The position numbers were made by a program, and so were the translations under genes. Of a stretch of DNA of 32,000 nucleotides, positions 26,401 through 32,000 are shown piece after piece. The stretch is taken from the NCBI RefSeq assembly GCF_008000775.2, contig NZ_CP042905.2, positions 3,300,001-3,332,000 of the forward strand. The letters are read 5' to 3'. Each line of letters opens with the position of its first letter. Positions within the stretch are counted from its first letter, which is position 1. The notes under the pieces are model-generated. The model had not been told where the DNA came from. It saw only the letters and a program-made list of their open reading frames with translations, and searched no databases. This DNA is from Promethearchaeum syntrophicum. GTDB lineage: Archaea > Asgardarchaeota > Lokiarchaeia > Sigyniarchaeales > Promethearchaeaceae.

Positions 26401-27059
26401 GACGTTAATTCAAGATATTTCTCAGCATTAATTTTCTCTTTTTTTAAATCTTCCAATTGAAGGTAAACTTCATTAAGCAATAATGCAATCTGTCCGAGAT
26501 TTGTCTGAACCTGCATTAATTCATCTTCAGCTGATATCTTTTTATCATTATATGACGCGATCCCTGCAATATCTTCAATTAACTCGCGACGTTCATTTGA
26601 ATTCATATTAATTAAGCGGAATAATTCACCTTGCATAATCATATTTGATGAGTTTGGAAGTATTCCGGATAAATCTAACAAGTTTATTATAGCTTTACGG
26701 GTTGATCTCTTTCCATTGAGTTTATATATTCCATTACCTTTACGATCTATTTTTCTAAGGATGCTAATTTCTGGTAGATCCAAAGAAAATGAACGATCGG
26801 CATTATCAAAGAGAATTTCGACCGAAGCCGTATCTGATGGTCCCATTCCATGACCACCGTTTGAGATCAAATCTTTAATATTATTAGCTCGAAGAGATTT
26901 TGCAGAAAGAGCCCCCAAAACGAAAACAAAAGCATCTATTATATTAGATTTCCCCGAACCATTTGCTCCAACTATAGCGCTGAAACCCTCATCAAAATTT
27001 ATTACAGTTCTCTTTCTAAAACTCTTAAAACCGATACAAATCATTTTTTTAATAGCCAC
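23466..27059 (-). CDS. smc: chromosome segregation protein SMC
   Basis: Walker A 'AIVGANGSGKSNIIDAF', hinge region, long coiled coils, signature 'AMSGGEKTLTIIALIL', Walker B 'YYILDEIDAALDDVN', 'THRD' H-loop; 1197 aa. Confidence 0.96.
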   Translation of the reverse strand: MAIKKMICIGFKSFRKRTVINFDEGFSAIVGANGSGKSNIIDAFVFVLGALSAKSLRANNIKDLISNGGHGMGPSDTASVEILFDNADRSFSLDLPEISILRKIDRKGNGIYKLNGKRSTRKAIINLLDLSGILPNSSNMIMQGELFRLINMNSNERRELIEDIAGIASYNDKKISAEDELMQVQTNLGQIALLLNEVYLQLEDLKKEKINAEKYLELTSQEKIRTNALYKVKIQTSEEKIEKMAEEKIEVNIKIAEIEKKEVQLKEEIETLKQKIEELEPKIQKLQDSELLQMTNKLKDLKNKVTELKTSLSYAKKNLKTYQQEQLELQERLNQINEQEENLKKEIKKIEAKKQKIIAQINEKTQIIQDLEKKLSTIDVEYIQIKENSKRLQIEIDQIKEEKNQCSGDLRLIEQKIEGLTESKSKLEKKIFDSHNVLAGLKIKIENLKIERKQKLGLEDIDFSKNGIEKKINRMEKEIEGWNINRKEMTSISNKTQKELFELKSKVKILNHITSNNRAQRAILNLSKTGKIKGIFGTISQLGSTSKKYYTAMEYAAGNRFNFIVVENQIVAEKCINHLKKNKLGRATFIPLENIHYKPFISRLPEDSKIIGRAVDLIEFSEKYRDAFEYVFGRCVIVEDIPTARGLKIPAKRVTLEGDVVEGSNLMTGGQKTKSKGLGFDNNNDQQKIKELESAHQIIHRQISELDIKINAHRVEISRLYKLKITGANKTKEISEQIAVCKASIEQLLMTISNNENEIEEIIKEIDGQSSQKEKLEQGIDKIKKILTNLINKENEIQEKLDSSEESSIKQQLKQNENQLKNLQKEATQIEIEFTKKSTSLTETISSNRATAQTQLNQRNHDIAETTNSIQELSNDLKDYEVKVKVLEEKISHKSKALTVLMNEKKNLTMNMSENQLKVGQIGNEVYPLKMNLNTFEIKTTEFKQKILEWGCFINPEIEVSEDLLKISESNHQKEIVKIELQKNQLGAVNLRAIDKYIDIEERFKELGEKNERVIKEREAILDFIESLEQEKKKVFLNTFNAINKNFGYIFSRLSKGGEAKLELENLEDPFEGGVLILARPGEKKWCLTQAMSGGEKTLTIIALILGIQMHVPSPYYILDEIDAALDDVNAALVADMVKELSEKSQFIIITHRDVTMARVDHLLGVSNIEGVTSVINLSIRNVLKQLESKNSAVQSA

Positions 27060-27268
27060 GGAAATAATTTACCCCTTAATTTAAAAATTTGAAAATCTTG
27101 ATGATATGGATATTATTTGCATAACTAAGACAAAAAATGGTGATGATATGGGAGATACATCTAAATATTATTATGATAATTAACATTTTTGATGATTTTG
27201 AGTTAAAAAATAAATAAACATATTTTTAACAATATTAAACCAATTAATTAAATGAGGGAAGAAAGAAC

Positions 27269-28126
27269 ATGAGTGAAAAAGTAGTCTCAATAAAATGTCC
27301 GACTTGTTCGAAAGAGCAAACGATTAAAGTTCCAACATCGGTTTTTGAAGAGAAGAAAGGAGGAGGAACAATAAAAATTCAAATTCATCAAGGAATTTGT
27401 TGCGAACATTCTTTTCTTAGCTTCTTCAGTTCGGAAGGAGATAATAGAGGTTATGAAACATTCGATGCTGCAATAGATCTTACGAATTATCAAGATTCGA
27501 AGATTGAAATATTCTTAAAAGACATTTTGAAAAAATTTGGGGATCATACAATTAATTTAATGTTACATGCAATTTTAATTGATGCCAATATCATTGTTCT
27601 GCATGATAAGTATGTTCCTGATGATAATGTTAGCACCAAAAGATTGAATATTTTCCTTAATAAATGTTTACCTCCAGAGTATCAAAAACCATTATTATTC
27701 ACTTCAATGTTAGACAGAAACTATTATAAAACCCAAATTGATACAGCATTGGTTATTAATACGACTGGTATAGTTGAAGTTCAGCCTTGGGAAACCATTG
27801 AATTGAGTTGTGAGAAAAGAGTAATTTCTGAAGCTCTTAAAATACTCGACCCGCAATTACAGCCGGTTATCTTACAAGAAGAATTCAGACAGATTTTTGA
27901 AAAATGTAAGTATTTTTATGAAGTTTTAAAGGAGTGGCACTCGATTTACTTTCAAGACTTAATTAATCTTTTTAAAGCGCGATTCCCACCCAAGTTCAGT
28001 GAATATGATTATGCATTGTATGAACAAATTGTGAAATCGAGATTTAAAGGGGATACATCAAGAATCAAATCACCTGAAAAAGCCAAGAAAAAAAAGCAGC
28101 CATCATCAACGATTTACTTTTTTTAA
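27269..28126 (+). CDS. hypothetical protein with N-terminal zinc-ribbon-like motif
   Basis: 'CPTCSKEQTIKVPTSV...IHQGICCEHSFLSFF...RGYETFDAAIDL' suggests CxxC ... CxH zinc site; remainder unassigned. Confidence 0.55.
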   Translation: MSEKVVSIKCPTCSKEQTIKVPTSVFEEKKGGGTIKIQIHQGICCEHSFLSFFSSEGDNRGYETFDAAIDLTNYQDSKIEIFLKDILKKFGDHTINLMLHAILIDANIIVLHDKYVPDDNVSTKRLNIFLNKCLPPEYQKPLLFTSMLDRNYYKTQIDTALVINTTGIVEVQPWETIELSCEKRVISEALKILDPQLQPVILQEEFRQIFEKCKYFYEVLKEWHSIYFQDLINLFKARFPPKFSEYDYALYEQIVKSRFKGDTSRIKSPEKAKKKKQPSSTIYFF

Positions 28127-28150
28127 TATATTTTCTCAGAGATATCTATA

Positions 28151-28963
28151 ATGTTGAAGATTTCTGAAATTCCAACTGAAATTGTTAACAAAATAGAAAT
28201 TATTTTCTGCGATATTGATGACACCCTAAGCTTTAAAGGGAAAATTCTACCTGAGACCTATTCTTCTCTATGGGATTTATTTAATAATAATATAAAAATT
28301 GTGCCAATTACAGGGCGATGTGCAGGTTGGGTCGATCACATTGCAAGATTTTGGCCTGTTTTTGGTGTTATTGGAGAGAATGGGGCATTGTACATGTATA
28401 TGGATAATAATAATAAATTAAGGAAAAGATATTTTCTAGAAAATCAAAAAGTTCCAGAAACGAAAAGAAAATTGGAATTGATTAAAAACAAAGTGCTAAC
28501 ACGGTTTCCCACTTGTAAAGTAGCTTCAGATCAACCTTATCGAGAGTTTGATTTAGCAATAGATTTTTGTGAAGATGTTCCACCACTTCCTATGGAAGAT
28601 GTCCAAGAAATTGTTAAAATTTACGAAAAATACGGTGCTACAGCAAAAATAAGCTCGATACACGTTAATGGATGGTTTGGTGATTTCGATAAGCTTAAGA
28701 TGACCAAACTTTTTGCAAAAGAAGTTTTGAAGTATGATTTAAAGGAAAATATGGATAAAATTCTTTTTGTAGGAGACTCCCCAAATGATCAACCGATGTT
28801 TAACTTCTTCAAGAATTCTGTGGGAGTTGCAAATATAATAAATTTTTCTGATCTAATTACGCATCCTCCAATGTATATTACTAAGAAGAAATCCGGAAAG
28901 GGGTTCACTGAATTAGTAAATATAATATTATCTAAAAGAAAGAAATTCATCTTAAAAAATTAG
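28151..28963 (+). CDS. HAD superfamily hydrolase, subfamily IIB (sugar phosphatase-like)
   Basis: 'IFCDIDDTLSFKGK', 'VPITGRCAGW', 'GVIGENGAL', 'ILFVGDSPNDQPMFNF'. Confidence 0.88.
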   Translation: MLKISEIPTEIVNKIEIIFCDIDDTLSFKGKILPETYSSLWDLFNNNIKIVPITGRCAGWVDHIARFWPVFGVIGENGALYMYMDNNNKLRKRYFLENQKVPETKRKLELIKNKVLTRFPTCKVASDQPYREFDLAIDFCEDVPPLPMEDVQEIVKIYEKYGATAKISSIHVNGWFGDFDKLKMTKLFAKEVLKYDLKENMDKILFVGDSPNDQPMFNFFKNSVGVANIINFSDLITHPPMYITKKKSGKGFTELVNIILSKRKKFILKN

Positions 28964-28968
28964 GTTGA

Positions 28969-29436
28969 TTAATCTGAGTCTTCAGCAATTTTTAACATTT
29001 TCATCAAGCTTTTTTGAATCTGTGATTCGATTTTTGAAGTAATATTATCTTCTTTAACGCTTATTATTGGTTTAATTACATCAAATTTTAAATAGGATAG
29101 AAGATCTTGAAGAGAATTAGCAGCATCCCCTCCACCACCATGAGTAATGAATCCAATAGCAGGTTTACCTTTAAAATTTTTTTTATATTCAAGAATTTCA
29201 TCAAAGAAAATTTTAATTTGGCCAGCTACATAGCTGTAATAGTCAGGACTTCCAACAATTATGCCAATGGATGCCCGTAAGGATTCAATATTCATCTCTT
29301 GTGCTTTCATCATCTCAATTTCATATCTATTTGGAATAAATTCACGAAATATATCCCAAAAACGTTTTGCGAGTTGATGAGTATTGCCATCTTTTGAATA
29401 ATAAAGAATGATAAATTTTTTTTTCATATAACTCAA
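28969..29436 (-). CDS. flavodoxin / NADPH-dependent FMN reductase-like protein
   Basis: 'FIILYYSKDGNTHQLAKRF', 'GIIVGSPDYYSYVAGQIKIFFDE', 'KGKPAIGFITHGGGGDAANSL'. Confidence 0.85.
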   Translation of the reverse strand: MSYMKKKFIILYYSKDGNTHQLAKRFWDIFREFIPNRYEIEMMKAQEMNIESLRASIGIIVGSPDYYSYVAGQIKIFFDEILEYKKNFKGKPAIGFITHGGGGDAANSLQDLLSYLKFDVIKPIISVKEDNITSKIESQIQKSLMKMLKIAEDSD

Positions 29437-29497
29437 TTTTTGTAGTTTTACCTTATTAATTATTTCATGAATAAAATAGCAAATACGAAATATAATT

Positions 29498-30589
29498 TTA
29501 TTTATATTGATTTTTTGAAATTAACAAATGATCAACTAAAACTATTGCAGTAATTGCTTCAATTGCAATCAAAACACGGGGGACAATACAAGGATCATGA
29601 CGACCGATTATTTTTAAATTAGTTAATTTTTTTGTCTTAAAATTCAGAGTTTTTTGAGTTTTACCTATTGATGCTGTTGGTTTTATTGGCACATTAAATG
29701 TTATTGGAGTACCTATTGATATGCCGCCAATAATACCACCACAATGATTTGTTTTTGTTGATATAATCCCGTTTTTTAAAATATATAGATCGTTGTGTTC
29801 GGATCCTAGCATGTTTGCAGCTTTAAAACCTGTGCCGAACTCAATTCCTCTTGTTGAGGGTATTGAAAGAATAGCTGCAGCAAGATCACTTTCCAGGGAA
29901 TGAAACCATGGATCACCTATTCCGGGAGGATAATTTTTTATTTGAATTGTAACAACTCCTCCTACTGAATCTTTTTGTTTAATGAGATCTTCAATTAAAT
30001 TGATCATTCTTTTATCAAGGTCTGAATTCATTCCCCGTACAATGCTAGATTCCACTTTTTTTTGAATTTGCATTATAGAATAATGGTTTTCATCTTTTAT
30101 TGAACCAATCTGAGAAGTAAATCCTGCAATGTTAACACCGTACTGTTTTAAAATCATTTTTGCAATTGCACCTGCTGCAACTATTGGTGCAGTTAATCTA
30201 CCAGAAAACCTTCCGCCCCCTTTTAAATTGATTTTAGATCCATATCTCAATCGAGCAGGATAATCTACATGAGAAGGACGGTAAATATCTTCAAATTGTA
30301 AATAATCTTGGGAATGAGTGTTAATATTTGGGATGGCTATTCGTATATTTTCCCCTGTAGTAGTTTTATCTTTTACTCCATTAGTAAAATTAAATTTATC
30401 TGGTTCATCTCTCGTAGACATTAAATCATTCTGACCAGGTCTTCGTCGGTCCAATTCGTATTGAATAAAATCAAAATCAAGTTTTATATTTTTTGGCACT
30501 CCTTTTATTATAACTCCAATTTCCTCACTATGAGACTCTCCAAACAATTCAATCTGAAATAAACGACCAAAAATATCTCGATTTAACAT
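29498..30589 (-). CDS. aroC: chorismate synthase
   Basis: 'FGESHSEEIGVIIKGVP', 'RRPGQNDLMSTRDEPD', 'YRPSHVDYPARLRYG...GGGRFSGRLTAPIVAAGAIAK', 'TKTNHCGGIIGGISIGTPI', 'GRHDPCIVPRVL'. Confidence 0.97.
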   Translation of the reverse strand: MLNRDIFGRLFQIELFGESHSEEIGVIIKGVPKNIKLDFDFIQYELDRRRPGQNDLMSTRDEPDKFNFTNGVKDKTTTGENIRIAIPNINTHSQDYLQFEDIYRPSHVDYPARLRYGSKINLKGGGRFSGRLTAPIVAAGAIAKMILKQYGVNIAGFTSQIGSIKDENHYSIMQIQKKVESSIVRGMNSDLDKRMINLIEDLIKQKDSVGGVVTIQIKNYPPGIGDPWFHSLESDLAAAILSIPSTRGIEFGTGFKAANMLGSEHNDLYILKNGIISTKTNHCGGIIGGISIGTPITFNVPIKPTASIGKTQKTLNFKTKKLTNLKIIGRHDPCIVPRVLIAIEAITAIVLVDHLLISKNQYK

Positions 30590-30600
30590 TAATTTTTCTC

Positions 30601-31170
30601 CTATTCTGATTTTTGGACAAATGAAAGAAGATAATTTCTAAGACTATTTACTGCTATTTGTAAATCTCCACTATTATCAATGATTATATCTGCATCGGGA
30701 TAATTTTGATTTTTTTTAGCACGATTGACACGCAATTTAAACATTTCATCATTTTCTGCTTCTCTCCCTCGTGATTTAATTCGAGCTAAAGTAATTTCAA
30801 AAGGGACTTTAACAAAAACTACTTTTAATTCAGGAAATAATCGGCGAGCATGCGGAATAATTGTTCGGCTAACGTTAATAATAACAATTTTTCCCTCAGA
30901 AAGCCATTGTTCTACTATTTTTGGAACTCCATAATCAAGATCATATATATGCCATGTTAGTGAAAATCTATTATTATTCTTCATTTTTATAAATTCTTTT
31001 GGAGTTACTGAGAGAAAGGGCTCTGTTTTGTGAGAAGGACGTGTTATATATCTCTTTGGAACTTTGATTGGAGTAATTTCTTCAGACCAATTTGATAAAA
31101 TTGCATTTAGTATAGAGTCCTTACCGCTTCCAGAATTACCAATTAATAAAAAAAGAACCCCATTTTTCAT
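30601..31170 (-). CDS. PhnN-like / guanylate-kinase-fold kinase
   Basis: P-loop 'LLIGNSGSGKDSIL', 'RYITRPSHKTEPFLSVTPKEF', 'LTWHIYDLDYGVPKIVEQWLSEGKIVIINVSR', 'RIKSRGRE'. Confidence 0.8.
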   Translation of the reverse strand: MKNGVLFLLIGNSGSGKDSILNAILSNWSEEITPIKVPKRYITRPSHKTEPFLSVTPKEFIKMKNNNRFSLTWHIYDLDYGVPKIVEQWLSEGKIVIINVSRTIIPHARRLFPELKVVFVKVPFEITLARIKSRGREAENDEMFKLRVNRAKKNQNYPDADIIIDNSGDLQIAVNSLRNYLLSFVQKSE

Positions 31171-31176
31171 TTAAAT

Positions 31177-31968
31177 TCACTTTTCTTTTGTTGTTTCTTT
31201 ATTTCCTGTAGTAATTAAATTGATAGAATCTTGCAAACCATTAGATTTAAGTAGTGAATCTCGAAAATTTTGCTGTTTAGTATAATATTTCGCAAAATAC
31301 AACATAGTCTTAGCAAACCATTTGGAACGAAAAGAACGTTTAAATTCGAATTGTTCGTCCTTATATTCTTCTGGGGGTAATTTTTGTAGTTTATAACGTT
31401 TGAAAGTGAGACCTTTATAAAATACTTTCCACATATATTGATTTAATTTACTAAGAGTTTCTGGGCGATATTTATATAATTGTTCATAGATTTCAAAATC
31501 TGATATCGGAAAAAACTCAATCCATCTATTTTCTTTCCCATCTTTCTGTTTTTCTTTTGATATTAATTTTAGATTCCAATCTTCTTTCACCAAATCAGAA
31601 ATAATTGAAGGGATTCGTTTAACGGGTATCTTAGTTGCCTTTTGAATTTCTCCTGCAAATTCAGAAATATTTATTCGGAATTCTTTGGGATAATCTATAA
31701 TTTCAGTTATTCGTTTCAAATATTCAGTACGGACCAAATTTAATACTAAATCATGCTCATCTTGCGTAATTGCTTTATGAAGGATTTGTTCCTTTTCTTC
31801 TTGACTTTTTAAGAACGAAGCTTCATCTTTTATTTTTTTTCCGTATTGAACTGAAAGTGATTGAATGAAATAAGAAGCTTGATTTTTTGAAGAAGTATAA
31901 GAACCATTTCCAAAATTCATTCTTTTTCTTTGCTTCTTTCGAATCAAAGTTGAAAATCGATCTTGCAT
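31177..31968 (-). CDS. hypothetical protein
   Basis: 263 aa ORF adjacent to and co-oriented with the PhnN-like gene; no recognised motif. Confidence 0.5.
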   Translation of the reverse strand: MQDRFSTLIRKKQRKRMNFGNGSYTSSKNQASYFIQSLSVQYGKKIKDEASFLKSQEEKEQILHKAITQDEHDLVLNLVRTEYLKRITEIIDYPKEFRINISEFAGEIQKATKIPVKRIPSIISDLVKEDWNLKLISKEKQKDGKENRWIEFFPISDFEIYEQLYKYRPETLSKLNQYMWKVFYKGLTFKRYKLQKLPPEEYKDEQFEFKRSFRSKWFAKTMLYFAKYYTKQQNFRDSLLKSNGLQDSINLITTGNKETTKEK

Positions 31969-32000
31969 ATATTTTTTAGCCTTTAATTCATCTTCTCGTG

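Noticed and set aside
27287-27493. 68 aa minus-strand ORF
   Set aside because: Antisense to the zinc-ribbon-like gene
19185-28126. Smc/ScpB genes as part of a Wadjet-like or other SMC defence system
   Set aside because: The SMC is full length (1197 aa) with chromosomal-type hinge and heads, and there are no JetABCD-type partners or nuclease genes alongside
30725-30934. 69 aa plus-strand ORF
   Set aside because: Antisense to the PhnN-like gene

Overview
AT-rich 32 kb window that reads as an archaeal chromosome segment. An Asgard/Lokiarchaeia-like origin is a tentative inference from roadblock-like domains, dense single-copy archaeal genes and leaderless-looking promoters; no marker gene proves it. 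I saw no rRNA, tRNA, CRISPR array, transposase or phage module.

Recognisable genes: glutamine synthetase (glnA), CTP synthase (pyrG), SMC ATPase, an ScpB-like protein, chorismate synthase (aroC), a PhnN-like kinase, a class II aldolase, an RNase Z-like metallo-hydrolase, a PAP2 phosphatase, a beta-lactamase-class serine hydrolase, two alpha/beta hydrolases, an MFS transporter, a GNAT acetyltransferase, a HAD phosphatase and a flavodoxin-like protein.

Most notable observations:
(1) A 7.6 kb block (10741-18319) carries two different AAA+/VWA modules: a fused magnesium-chelatase I/D-like protein, and an overlapping pair of MoxR-like ATPase and HEIAH-metallopeptidase-like/VWA protein. These flank an FKBP-like membrane-anchored protein and a YbjN/CesT-fold-like protein. 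This is the best candidate for an undescribed system.
(2) A degenerate, frameshifted copy of the 3' end of smc lies in the intergenic region at about 22165-22310, roughly 79% identical by hand alignment to 23514-23660.
(3) CTP synthase has an insertion of about 18 aa next to the conserved metal-binding region.
(4) An alpha/beta hydrolase has Asp (GYDIG) where Ser is expected.
(5) A two-domain roadblock/LC7-like protein is present.
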